Position numbers and translations under genes: made by a program. From the NCBI RefSeq assembly GCF_028641065.1, contig NC_073386.1, positions 54,932,001 through 54,996,000 of the forward strand: 64,000 bases of DNA, given 5' to 3'. This document shows, one piece after another, positions 37,630 to 49,780 of the stretch. This DNA comes from Leucoraja erinacea. Its lineage: Eukaryota. How positions within the stretch are numbered: the first letter of the stretch is position 1; each line of letters starts with the position of its first letter. A model generated the notes under the pieces. It saw only the letters and a list, made by a program, of their open reading frames with translations, was not told where the DNA came from and did no database searches.

Positions 37630-38473
37630 CAAAAATGGGCGGCGCGACTCATGTTGCAGAGGCCTCTGCAGTCCATCTGTCTTTTTTATTATTTTTTGTC
37701 TCGTTTGAATGTAGTTTTAATTATTTTTTTTTGTGTATGTGTGTGGGTATGTGTGTGGGGGGCGGGGGGTGGAGGAAACTTTTAAAATCTATCCCCTGCA
37801 CGGAGAACCCGACCTTTTCTCTGTCGGGTCTCCGTTGTCGTTGGGGCCGAGCACCGTGGAGCGGCCCCCAGCAGGAACGACCTGGGGCTCCAGTCGCGGA
37901 GCCTGTGGACCAACTCACCATCATGGAGCTGGCCAAGTTCGGAGCGGGTGGAGCTGTGGTGGCGCTCGGCTGCGACCTGACCCCGGAGATTCGAAGGCTT
38001 ACCGCAGGTCTGGTGGACAGTGACACCGGGAGCCCGCGGGTCCCTGCTGGGAGACCGCTTTTCGGGGCTTCCGCAACGGCGACTTCACCCGCCCGAGTTG
38101 CGGGGTTGAAGAGTACCTGGAGCGGGGCCTTACATCATCGCCCGGCGCGGCTTGGAATGGCTGTGGGACTTTGCTAGCGCACGCCGGGGGCTCCAACAAC
38201 AAGACCCGGAGCGCGGCCTTGCATCACCCGGCGCAGCGTTAATGGCCGCGGGACAATTACCATCGTCCGCCGGGGGCTTTGACTCTGACATCGGGAGTGC
38301 AGGGGAGAGATAAGTCTTTGCCTTCCATCACAGCGAGGAGGAGATGCGCTGTGATGGATGTTTGTGTAAATCGTGTTGTGTCTTGGTTCTTTCTTGTGTG
38401 TATGACTGCAGAAACAACATTTCGTTTGAACCTCAATGAGGTTCAAATGACAAATAAATTGTATTGTATTGTA
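37630..38473 (+). mobile_element. GC-rich non-autonomous retroelement with LINE-type structured 3' tail
   Basis: Starts aaaatgggcggcg; ends in hairpins plus aataaa and (ttgta)n; related architecture at 48098-48830 (minus). Confidence 0.65.
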
Positions 38474-38869
38474 AGTGCGATCATTTCTTCATAAATTTTC
38501 TGCTCCCCAGAAATGTGACCTGGAACGCTGCTGCAATTCACCCGTATACCAGTAATATAATTCCTGCTCATTTAGAGTGTTAATTGGGAAATTAAGTCAT
38601 GCTGTTCTGAGGAGCACATGTCGTGAATCACTCCTATAATAATCTATAACATCATAGTTTTAGTCATACACATCATAGTGATGGGTCCTCTGCAGCAGCT
38701 TATGAAAGGGTGCATTCTGGATCATCCACAACCTGGAATCTGACCAAGGAGAAGATACCTCCATTGTTTTTTAAAGAGTAAATTTAAACATACCGATCAA
38801 TGTAAATGTAAATAGCAGCATAAAAAAAGGACATTTTTCAATATAATCCTTGTAATAGCTGCCACTCAC

Positions 38870-38971
38870 CTTCATCGTATAATTCTTCTATTGCTTGCCA
38901 TGTTTCAGCTCGAAGTTCACGATTAGTTTTTCCTGGGACATTTGCATCAGGCCAATGCATGAGGTAAAGAT
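38870..38971 (-). CDS. Aldo-keto reductase, next coding exon
   Basis: ctatttcag|ATCTTTAC...GATGAAG|gtgagt; 102 bp, phase 1-1. (D)LYLMHWPDANVPGKTNRELRAETWQAIEELYDE(G), containing the catalytic His motif HWP; joins the previous exon in frame. Confidence 0.95.
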
Positions 38972-39028
38972 CTGAAATAGGAATATATACATATATTATT
39001 ATATTCACTGAATAAGTCATGAATATGT

Positions 39029-39550
39029 GGATATGCAATGGAAGACATGGATATGCAATGGAAGACATTTAAAGACTGCATGGATGAACTACAAAATTTG
39101 TTCATCCCAGTTTGGTTTATAGACTTGGTTTATACTCTCTAGAATTTAGGAGATTGAGAGGGGATCTTATAGAAACTTACAAAATTCTTAAGGGGTTGGA
39201 CAGGCTAGATGCAGGAAGATTGTTCCCGATGTTGGGGAAGTCCAGGACAAGGGGTCACAGCTTAAGGATAAGGGGGAAATCCTTTAAAACCGAGATGAGA
39301 AGAACTTTTTTCACACAGAGAGTGGTGAATCTCTGGAACTCTCTACCACAGAGGGTAGTTGAGGCTAGTTCATTGGCTATATTTAAGAGGGAGTTAGATG
39401 TGGCCCTTGTGGCTAAGGGGATCAGGGGGTATGGAGAGAAGGCAGGTACGGGATACTGAGTTGGATGATCAGCCATGATCATATTGAATGGCAGTGCAGG
39501 CTCGAAGGGCCGAATGGCCTACTCCTGCACCTAATTTCTATGTTTCTATG
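39029..39550 (+). mobile_element. Young CR1 with large internal deletion
   Basis: DMQWKTFKDCMDELQNLFIPVW fused to RLGLYSLEFRRLRGDLIETYK...; 20-bp tandem duplication at the 5' end. Confidence 0.9.
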
Positions 39551-39727
39551 AATTGAAGCCAATATTTAGAGACATATCAAATATGTGTGGAAGAGAGACA
39601 TAAATGCTGGAGAAACTCAGCGGGTGAGGAAGTATCTATGGAGCGAATGAAATAGGCAACGTTTCGGGCCGAAATCCTTCTTTAAACAGCAGAATCGTTA
39701 CATGTTTGGATATTTAGTACATTTGGA

Positions 39728-40172
39728 TACATAGAAACATAGAAAATAGGTGTAGGAGTAGGGTATATGGCCCTTCGAGCCAGCACCGCCATTCAATATC
39801 TTCATGACTGATCATCCAAAATCAGTACTGTTCCGGCTTTTCCCCCCATCTCCCTCGATTCCCTTAGCTCTAAGAGCTAAATCTAACTCTCTCTTGAAAA
39901 CATCCAGTGAATTGGCCTCCACTGCCTTCTGTGGCAGAGAATTCCACAGATTCACAACTCTGGGTGAAAATGTTTTTCCTCATCTCAGTCCTAAATGGCC
40001 GACCCCTTATTCTTAAACAGTGACCTCTGGTTCTTGACTCCCCCAACATTGGGAACATTTTTCCTGCATCTACCCTGTCCAATCCTCTAAGAACTTTATA
40101 TGTTTCTACAAGATACCCTCTCATCCTTCTAAATCCTGGCAAAAACAAGTGCAGTCGACCCATTCTTTCATC
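39728..40172 (-). mobile_element. CR1 LINE 3' end
   Basis: FRRMRGYLVETYKVLRGLDRVDAGKMFP on minus strand; (catagaaa)n tail. Confidence 0.92.
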
Positions 40173-40329
40173 TACTTAGGCACGATAGCAAACAAATTGT
40201 CTCAGTGGGTTCAGATTATAATCTGATATCAATGTCAGTACTAAGGTGTCATAGAACAAAAATAAGATTTTTCATTTTGTTTGTTCAGCGGCATGAAGTA
40301 AAATCCCTCCGGAAGAGGAAGCTGAGGAG

Positions 40330-42435
40330 ATGCTGAACAACTTAAGGGGTATGAAGGTGGATAAAATCTCCTGAGCCTAATCAAAAATATCCAAAGATAC
40401 TGTGGGAGGCTGGAGAAGAAACAGCAAGCACCCTGGATGAGATATATGAATTATCATTCGGTGAGGTGCCGGAGGAATGGAGAATGGCTAATGTTGTACC
40501 TCTATTTAAGAAAGGCTGAAAGGAAGAGCCTGGAAAGTGAAGACTTGTGAGCCTAAGTATGCACGTTACCAGATTGGCTTCAGAGATAGAAGATATATGC
40601 ATGTGGATAGGCAGACTGAGTTAGGATAGTCAGCATGATTTTGTATGTGGGAGATCTGATTGAGTTTTTTGAAGAAATAACCAAAAAGGTCAACGAGGGC
40701 AAAGCTGTAGATATTGTCTATATGGAGTTAAGCAAGGTTCCGCTGGGTAGACTGTTCCGGAAGGTTAGATCGCAGGCATTTTGGGAAGAGCTACCCAACT
40801 GGTTTGAAAATTGGCTTCATGGAACGAAGCAGCAGATGATGGGGGAATGTTGATTTGCAGACTGGAGGCCTGTGACTGGTGGGGTACTGGGTCCATTGCT
40901 GTTTCTGGTTTATATGAACAATTTAGATGAGAATGTATAAGGCATGATTAGTAATTTTACAGATGGCACTAAAGTTGGTGGTATTGTAACCAACAAAAAT
41001 GGTTATCAAAAAATCACTGCAGGATCCTGTTCAACTGGGTAAGTGGATGCAGGAATGGTTGATGGAGTTTAATGCATATATGTGCAAGGTGGTGTATTTT
41101 GGGAAGTCAATCCATGATAGAACCTTCACAGTGAATGCCAGAGCACTGGAGAAAGTCGTAGAGCGGAGGGATCTAAAAGCGCAGGTCCTAGTTCCCTGAA
41201 AACGGCATCACAGGTAGATAGGGTGGTAAAGAAGACTTTCGGTACTTTGGCCTTGATCAGTCAGAGTATTGAGTATAGAGTTGGAATGTTACATGACAGC
41301 TGCACAAGATGGTGGTGAGGTCGCAGATGGAGTATTGTGTTCAGGTTTGGCCACCCTGCTACAGGGAAGATGTTGTTACACTAGAAAGAGTGCAGAGAAG
41401 ATTTACAAGGATGTTGCCAGTACTTGAGGGCCTGAGACCATATAACCATATAACAATTACAGCACGGAAACAGGCCAACTGGGCCCTTCTCGTCCATGCC
41501 GAACACTTATTCTCCTCTAGTCCAATCTAACCTATCCATTCCTTTCCCGTCCATTTATCCAATTTATTTGTCTATCCCTCTCATCACTTTAAAGACCTCT
41601 ATCAAGTCCCCCCTTAATCTTCTGCGCTCCAAAGAATAAAGACCTAACTTGTTCAACCTTTCTCTGTAACTTAATTGCTGAAACCCAGGCAACATTCTAG
41701 TAAATCTCCTCTGTACTCTCTCTATTTTGTTGGCATCCTTCCTATAATTAGGCGACCAAAATTGTACACCATACTCCAGAATTGGCCTCACCAATGCCAT
41801 GTACAATTTTAACATTACATCCCAACTTCTATACTCAATGCTCTGATTTATAAAGGCCAGCACACCAAAAGCTTTCTTTACCACCCTATCTACATGAGAT
41901 TCCACCTTCAGGGAACTGTGCACAGTTATTCCTAGATCCCTCTGTTCAACTGCATTCCTCAACTCACTACCATTTACCATGTACGTCCTATTTTGATTTG
42001 TCCTGCCAAGATGTAGTACCTCACACTTAGCAGCATTAACCAGGCTGGGACTTTATTCCTTGGAGCACTCGAAGATGAGGGGTGTTCTTTAGAGATGTAA
42101 AAGATCATGTGGAGAATAAATAGATGCACAGTCTTTTCCCCAGAGTAGGGGAATCAGGAACCAGAAGACATAGGTTTAAAATGAGAGGGGAACCATAGGA
42201 GCAACATTTTCACACAGAGGGTGGTGGGTAACTGGAACAAGCTGCCAGAGGAGGTAGTTGAGGCAGGTACTACAACAATATTTAAAAGACCTTAGGAAAG
42301 GTACCTTGATAGGAAAGGTTTAGAAGGAAATGTGTCAAACGTGGGCAGGTGGGACTAGTATAGTTGGGGCATCTTGGTCAGCACAGGCAAGTTAGGCCGA
42401 AGGGCCTGTTTCCGTGTTGCCTGATTCTATGACCC
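40330..42435 (+). mobile_element. Old CR1 ORF2/3' end, interrupted by a younger antisense CR1
   Basis: LIEFFEEITKKVNEGKAVDIVYM; EYCVQVWPPCYREDVVTLERVQRRFTRMLP; resumes at ~42040. Confidence 0.88.
41437..42039 (-). mobile_element. CR1 LINE fragment nested in older CR1
   Basis: Minus ORF 41564-41980 QRDLGITVHSSLK...RPILEYGVQFWSP...RGDLIEVFK; (ccatataa)n tail at ~41438-41453. Confidence 0.92.
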
Positions 42436-42829
42436 TATGTCAAACCATGATTCCAATTTTTGCGGGGGATAGAAAAGGTTCAGTTATCTTTTAATTAATT
42501 CATCAATAGATTTATCATTCAATTTTGTTAATGATTAACAAATGATCTCAACATGACACTAGTTGCAAGCAGCACAATGGTTTCCAATTACTATGAATAG
42601 GTGTATGAAGCTGTGCAATTTGTATCAGAATTTGATTCAACAAATACATCTTCCAAATGTAATTATTTTTGTGAAATTCCACTTTAATAAATCTGTTGAA
42701 ATTGCAAATCATAGTCATAGAATCATACAGCAGAGAAACAGGCCCTTCAGTGCAACTTGTCCCTGCTGACCAAGATGCCACTTCTAAGCGAGTCCCATTT
42801 GCCTACATTTGGCTCATATCCCTCTTAAC

Positions 42830-43160
42830 CAGGGGTGGCCAACCTTTTACATTCCGTGCGCCAATATTTTCACGCACTAGTTCGGATGCGCCATACAACA
42901 CGTGTACCCCCATTCAATTCTTGTAAAAATATGTTAATATGTACATATGTTAATATGTTAATATGTACATATGTTAATATCTACCTTGAAGAAGGGTCTT
43001 GACCCGAAACGTTGCCTATTTCCTTCGCTCCATAGATGCTGCCTCACTCGCTGAGTTTCTCCAGCATTTTTGTCTACCTTTAATATGTACATAGCATTTT
43101 TATGTGATATAATGATTTACTATAAAAACAAGATATTACTTACTTTAATGAGACTCTTGA
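42830..43160. mobile_element. hAT-Charlie-like fragment inside a minus CR1 end, containing a Penelope-derived unit (42981-43079)
   Basis: Begins caggggtggccaacc; host CR1 resumes at ~43165. Confidence 0.55.
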
Positions 43161-43714
43161 GTCTTCTTAAACCTTTCCTATCCATGTACCTTTCCTAAGG
43201 TCTTTTAATGTTGTTATGGTACCTGCCTCAGATACTTCCTCTGGCAGCTTGTTCTGTTCTCCACCACCCTGTGGGGTGGAGATACGTTCCCATTAATTCT
43301 TTTTCCTCTTGCCTTAAACATATTCCCTTAAGGATAAATCATAATTTACTTCTCTGATTATTCAGAAATCCCAATGATTCAGCATTTGGATTATTGTACC
43401 CCTGTTTCCTGCACTTCGTTATAAAACATCGGGAGCCCATTTTCATGCTCCATATGAACTCACCAGGTTCTGCTTATAACATTCCTCATAAACTCAGCAG
43501 AGCCCCAAACCTTGGCACCTTATAAACCAATGGGGGGGGGGGGGGGGGGGGTCCTGTTACCAAATCTTTATTAAATATCTTGGGTATCTATTTCCAACAC
43601 TCCCTTTAATATCACCTGTTTAGTTAAGTTTAGTTAAGTTTAGTTTAGTTTAGTTTAGATACACAGTGTAGAAACAGGCCCTTCGGGGCCAGTCTCACCC
43701 CGGGTCAAGTCTCA

Positions 43715-44062
43715 CCCCGGTCACCCTCTTCTCATCACTCCCATCAGGCAAGGAGTATAAAGACACACACCTCCAGATTCAGGGAGAGCGTCTTCCCAGT
43801 TGTTATCAGGCAACTGAACCATTCTATCAACAACTAGAGAGTGAGCTACTATCTACCTCATTGGAGACCCTCGGACTATCTTTAATCAGACTTTACTGGA
43901 TTTTATCTAGCACTAAACGTTATTCCCTTTTTCATGTATCTGTAAACAGTGGATAGCTCGGTTTGTAGTCATGTATTGACTTTCTGCTGTTAGGTTAGCG
44001 TGCAACAAAAGGTTTTCACTGCTCCTCAGTACACGTGACAATAACGTAAACTAAGCTAAACT
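43715..44062 (+). mobile_element. Rex1/Babar-like LINE 3' end
   Basis: LFSSLPSG...TSRFRESVFPVVIRQLN; tail with gtgacaataac and (ctaaa)n. Confidence 0.7.
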
Positions 44063-44234
44063 AAGGTTTGTAGGTTAAATTGCCCCTAGTGTGTAAGGAG
44101 TAGATGAGAAGTGAAATAACATAGAACTAGTGTGAACGAGTGATCGATGCTCGGTATGGACTTGGTGGGCTGTAGGGCCTGTTACCATGGTGTATCTTTC
44201 AATCAATCAATCAAATGAAAGTTGCCCACATCGG

Positions 44235-44910
44235 TGGAAAAGCATGGATACAGGCCCTATGGCCCAACTAGTCCACACTGATCAAGATGCCCACCGAATG
44301 AATGCTGGTGCCACTTGGCTGCGTTTGACCCATATTCCCCTAAATCTTTTCACATACCTGTCCAAATGCCTTTCAAATGTTTTTATGGCATCGTTCTCAA
44401 CTTAATTCAATTCAATTCCATTCAACTTTATTGTCATTGCACAGATACAAGTATGGGTACAACAAAATGCAGTTTAGCGTCTGTTCGTAGTAATAGTGCA
44501 ATATAGAAATAAAAACACAGAATAAGCAAACAATGTGGACGGAGAGACTGGAGAAATCTATCGGCGGGACTCTGAGTTCAGCAATGTAATAGTGTTGTTG
44601 AAGAAGCTGTTCCTCATCCTACTTCCTCATCAGCTCGATCCTCATACATATCACCCTAAGATCCCTGTTAAATCATTCCCCTCTCATCTTAAACTTATGT
44701 CCTCTGGTTCTTGATTCTGCAACGCTGGGAAAATACTGTGCACATTCATCCTATCTATGCCCCTCATGGTTTCATACACCTGGATCAGATTTTCTCTCAG
44801 TCTCCTAAATTTCAACGAATAAGGTCCCAACCTACACAATGTCTCCCTACAAATCAGTCCCTCGAATCCTGGCAACATCCTGGTAAAACCTTTCTGCACT
44901 CTTTGTAGCT
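44235..44910 (-). mobile_element. CR1 3' fragment interrupted by another LINE tail (~44403-44620)
   Basis: Minus ORF KLQRVQKGFTRMLPGFEGL...YSLKFRRLRENLIQVY. Confidence 0.8.
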
Positions 44911-45855
44911 TAATCTTTTCTGCGTTCTTTCCAGGGTTGTGGACCATGGCGAATGTTGGTTGCTGCGAAGAAACATCACTGAAGAAGGGGTTATATGAAG
45001 TGATAGGAAGTGGAGAAAAAAATCCTGAGTTTTAGTTGGAGATAAATATGACCAGGTTTGGGTTGATCCTTTGGGTGTGGTGTCATGACCGGCTGTTGGT
45101 TGAAGAGGAATTATCAGGGTTGCAATAAGTTTGGGAGTGCGACAAATTTGATGTATGGTGGTAGGGAAGGGAGACAGAATTAGCTGGTTTTATAGTGAGA
45201 TGAGAAAATTGTTTACGGGAATGGTTCTATCTTAAATGACACTTATAAAGTCAGGAAAAATGGGGAGAAGGCAGGAACTGATTGTGGATGAACTGATTGT
45301 GGATGATCAGCCATGATCACATTGAATGGCGGTGCTGGCTAGAAGGGCCGAATGGCCTACTCCTCCACCTATTGTCTATTATGTATTGTATTTACAGTGG
45401 GTCCCCAGACCTAAACTGAACAGGGGTTTGATCTACTGCGAGGAATGCCCTACTTTTACCCAAGTATACTCTGCAGAAATGGCAACCAGACATATCCCAA
45501 TATGTATTTGCATTAACAAATCAAATACAAGCAGGATTTGGCATCAATGTTATGATGTTAGGAGTTCAATAAAATTCTGAAGTGTGTCTCAGATAAAGGT
45601 TGTATAATTGAATAGAATTTGTAGCTTATAACTCCTACAAATCACTATAAATTCTGGGACCAGAACGACAATTTAACATTAAAAGATGTTACTAAAGTAT
45701 TTCTGGACCTGTTTCTATCTAGAGCTAGTCATCCAATCGCCTAATCCCTGTTCTAAACTCTAGCTCTGACTTGATTCCTGTAAAAAGGCAGCTCCTTCCA
45801 AAATCATGACTAACAACTGCTGCTGGAGATTGTACCTTATCAAGGATGAATTATT

Positions 45856-46040
45856 TAGGAAGGAACTGCAGATGCCGGTTTACACCACAGATAGACACAG
45901 AATGCTGGAGTAACTCAGTAGGACAGATAGCATCTCTGGAGAGACCAGTCTGAAGAAGGGTCTTGACCCGAAACGTCACCCATTCCTTCTCTCCCGAGAT
46001 GTTGCCTGCCCCGCTGGGTTACTCCAGCATTTTGTGTCTA
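45856..46040. mobile_element. Fold-back Penelope-derived unit, intact core at 45950-45977
   Basis: ctgaagaagggtcttgacccgaaacgtc; degenerate TSD tcaaggatgaattatt/tcatggctgaattgtt (13/16). Confidence 0.75.
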
Positions 46041-47544
46041 TCATGGCTGAATTGTTGGTGGATAAAATATGTTACTATTCTCAGAGATAGAATGCCAAGG
46101 TTTTGATTTGGGTTAGTAAGGACTGGGGTACTAACTTTACTCACATTAGCAAATTCTAACATCCTATACTTTGCTAACACTACTTGTACAAAATGATGGG
46201 TTAATTAAACCTTGAACGATAAAGGCCCAGTTTGCAAAACTGGCACTGAAAGTATGCACACATTCAGTTGGTGAATGAATGTCCTCATCATAAACAAGAA
46301 CAGCACCTGCAAGGAAAAAAACCCTTGCATACAGCTTGTACAGAGGGCAACCCACTTTATCTCATCCTTACACATGTTAGGTCACTTCCCTCCTACCTCC
46401 TACATACATGCAAACTGATGCCAAAAAATATGACGTGTTTTCAAGCTAAAATAAAAGACCACTTTATAGAAAATAAGAGAATTTATCGAGCTTATTGTGC
46501 AATACTTTTTTCAGTGCCTCCTTATCAGTACAATTCATCAGTACTAAATGCCAGCGGTCCCCCAATTGTTAGATGAGAGTCTAACAAATCCAAAAGAATA
46601 CTATGTCCTACATATAGTAACTCCAGTTTGCAAAGACGGAAATAGGCAGGCACATATTCAACAATGCTAATGGTCTGCTTTGAAAGTTTGCCCTTTATAT
46701 GAAAATTGCCAGCAAGTTACATCAACATTGTTTGTTCAGCTGTTCTTTGCCAAATTGTACAAATAACAGGTTGTAAGTTACAACCTTCTTCCTGGCATCA
46801 AATCCTTCCTTTTAAAAAGTAGTAAAGGAAAATAGGGTGAGTGTAAAGATTAAAAATGAGCTACTTGTAATAGTCCCATTAGTGTGTTTTAAGAACTAGC
46901 AGCAAATTTGAAAAATATGTAATTTCTGACTGTGAGGAAATGCCAACGAAGGACAACTAATACAAAGTTACTTCCTTCCTCTATGATACACGTCAAGAAA
47001 GAGCTCACCAAGCTAAATAGGTACTGAAAAATGGAAATGAAAATAGTGGCAGTACAAAACAGATCAATCTACATTTGAAATAACAAGACAGAACAACATC
47101 AGAAGATTCTCATGAAAACTGTTAATCAGTGTTTCTCTTTGATTTGTGGACTATTACGCAAAGTGATTTGTTTCAGATTTTTAAGAATTTTTGTTTTAAA
47201 TAAAGGCAGCTGAAGAACATGTTGGCAAGTATAATTGAAGAAATAAGAACAAGAAAATTCACTATACATCAATTGAATAAAATAACTGGCATTTATTGCA
47301 AAGGTATTCAAACATTGATGATATTCAAGCCATGAAAGAACTTGCACAGCTCGAATACCATCATGGGCAATGAGCCTGTCAGGGCGATATCTGGCTATTA
47401 TCTCTTCCCGATAAGCCTAATGCCTTTTCAACCCATTTTGAACAGGCAAATAAAATGACACCCTGACATTTTCCCTCATCTCCTGCTGGCTCTGTCCCAC
47501 TCATCTCGGTGGCAGAAGAAAATTGGCCCGCCAGGATGGAGTCC

Positions 47545-47730
47545 CTGAATGGTTTTTGAAATCATGCACCAATCAGTTCTCACTAACATCTTCAACTTTT
47601 TACTTCAACGGTCTTCTGTTCCCATCTGCTACAAGGAAGCCTCCATCATTCAACTCCGCATGAAAAATAATGTGACATGTCACGACGACTGGCATCCATT
47701 AGTTCTAACATTGCCAATAATGAAGTTTGG
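47545..47730 (+). mobile_element. Old Rex1/Babar RT fragment (continues ~48850-49010)
   Basis: NIFNFLLQRSSVPICYKEASII...NNVTCHDDWHPLVLT; later VRLLFIDYS. Confidence 0.7.
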
Positions 47731-48095
47731 TAATGGCCCGGAGCTTACGGCACGGCGACCCGGTAAGGCATTGCCCGCTCTGTGCCTCTCCGACCAGGTA
47801 GGGGACTAAGAATTAAAGTTTCCCCCTTCCCCCCCCCCCCCCTTCACCACATAAAAGCCCTCCATACTAACTGACTAACATTTAAGCAATGATTTACAAA
47901 TGTTTAAGTGTCTCCCCAGTCTCCGGAGAGGAGGCAGCCGCTACAGTAGTACAGACCTGGGTTGACCGTGGGTCGTTTCGGTTCAAGTTTGGCGCCAAAC
48001 GTGAGCTTTGGTGTGCAGACAACATCCTGGAAAAAAATGTCCGGTTTTCGGAGCTTTCCGGTTTCCGGAATTTCGGATAAAAGGTTGTGCACCTG
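47730..48095. mobile_element. Tigger/pogo-like DNA transposon right end
   Basis: Subterminal ccgg/tcgga repeats ending ggataaaaggttgtgcacctg|TA. Confidence 0.65.
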
Positions 48096-48097
48096 TA

Positions 48098-48830
48098 GTA
48101 CTTTATTTGCCAAGTATGTTTTGCAACATACGAGGAATTTCATTTGCCAAGTCAGTCATACAAATAAAAAGCAACAGAACACCCAAAACACATTTTAACA
48201 TGAACATCCACCACAGTGACTCCTACACATTCCTCACTGTGATGAAAGGTGAAATAAAGTTCAAGTCTCTTCCATTTGTTCTCTCGCGGTCGGGGGCCTC
48301 GAGCCCACCATTGACGGGACGATCTTGATTCCCGTAGCCGGCGGCGTTCGGTCCCTCCGCGTCGAGGCCATCAGCTCCTGCATCGGGGGGATGTCAGCTC
48401 CCCCGCGCTGGACGATCAAACCTTGCGTTGGGGCTGGTCAAACCCTCTGCATCGTTGGAGCTCCCGACTCGGCCTCTCCCAAGACTGCGAGCTCTTGATG
48501 GTAAGTCCGGAGGCCATGGTTGGAGCGATCCCAGGCTAGGGATCAGCTCCGATGTTGCCCACGCCCTGCGGCGGGGCTCATGACAGTCCAAGGACGCCTC
48601 CAGCACCATCGATGGAAGGCCGCAGAGCGCCCGGAGAATGCGATCCGAAAATGAATCACATCTCCGGCAAGGTAAGAACTTGAAAAAGGTTTCGCCCGAT
48701 CCCCTCCCCCTCCCTCCACATAAGACAAACTGGAGAACATTAAAACAAACTTTTAACAAACATAAAAAAAAGATGAAAAAAAAACAGACTGTCGACGGAG
48801 CTGCCACGTACGGCGCCCTTGGTGGTATCA
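48098..48830 (-). mobile_element. GC-rich non-autonomous retroelement related to 37630-38473
   Basis: Same order of T-rich leader, G-run, GC-rich body, catcacag hairpin and gtatgactg...aataaa tail. Confidence 0.62.
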
Positions 48831-49035
48831 ACATCCAACATCCAGTACAACATCCAGCCCTGGATCACAGAAAGATCAATGTCAGACTACTATTCATTGA
48901 CTATAGCTAAGCCTTGAACACCATAATACTAAATACGTTCATCTTTAAACTTATGGACTTTGGTCTTGCACCTGGATCGGCATCTGGCTTCTGATCTCCT
49001 GAACCATTCAAAAAACCCTATCTATCTAAATATAT

Positions 49036-49039
<4 letters not shown>

Positions 49040-49102
<63 letters not shown>
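49040..49102. repeat. (CT)n(AT)n microsatellite
   Basis: Direct inspection. Confidence 0.95.
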
Positions 49103-49106
<4 letters not shown>

Positions 49107-49129
49107 TTATTTAAGTATATAGATATAGC

Positions 49130-49349
49130 GTGTAGGAAAGAACTGCAGATGTTGGTTTAAATCGAAGGTAGACACAAATTGCTGGAATAACTCAGCAGGA
49201 CAGGCGGCATCTCTGGAGAGAAGGGATGGGTGACGTTTCGGGTCGAGACTCGTTTGAAAAAAGGTCTCGACCCGAAATGTCACCCATTCCTTCTCTCCAG
49301 AGATGCCGCCTGTCCTGCTGAGTTACTCCAGCATTTTGTGTCTACCTTC
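49130..49349. mobile_element. Fold-back Penelope-derived unit
   Basis: Near-perfect inverted halves; flanks tatatagatatagc / tatatttatatagc. Confidence 0.78.
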
Positions 49350-49780
49350 TATATTTATATAGCTATGATTTTCGGGAGTTTAACCAGGTCGTTTTTTTGA
49401 AGAGGTAACTAAAAAGGTTGATGATAGCAAAGCCGTAGAGGTTGTCTCTCTAGTCCTCACAGTACTCTCCAATGATCAAGAAAGTTCATCAACATATTTA
49501 CTTTATTGGGCACTGAGAAGATTAAGCATGTCCACGAGGATTCTCTCAAGCTATTTTGTAGATACGCTGCAGAAAGTACTCCGATGGGATGCATCTCACC
49601 CAGGATAATTAGTCAGGACCATCAAAATGACTATCAACGAAAAATTTAGAGCAATTGTAGATCTCAAAATATAAATCCAAGTTTATGTCAATTCATACTT
49701 CACAAAAAAACCAAGCAACAATGACTTAAACCTTTCCATTTAAGTTTGTTTCTTAAACTTATCATGCTCGTTCTTCTTAC

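Noticed and set aside
37635-38250. CpG-island promoter
   Set aside because: CpG richness is confined to an interspersed repeat with a related copy at 48098-48830.
38395-38460. SECIS element (ATGA...AA...TGA)
   Set aside because: Part of a repeated retroelement tail, antisense in an intron; helix geometry does not fit.
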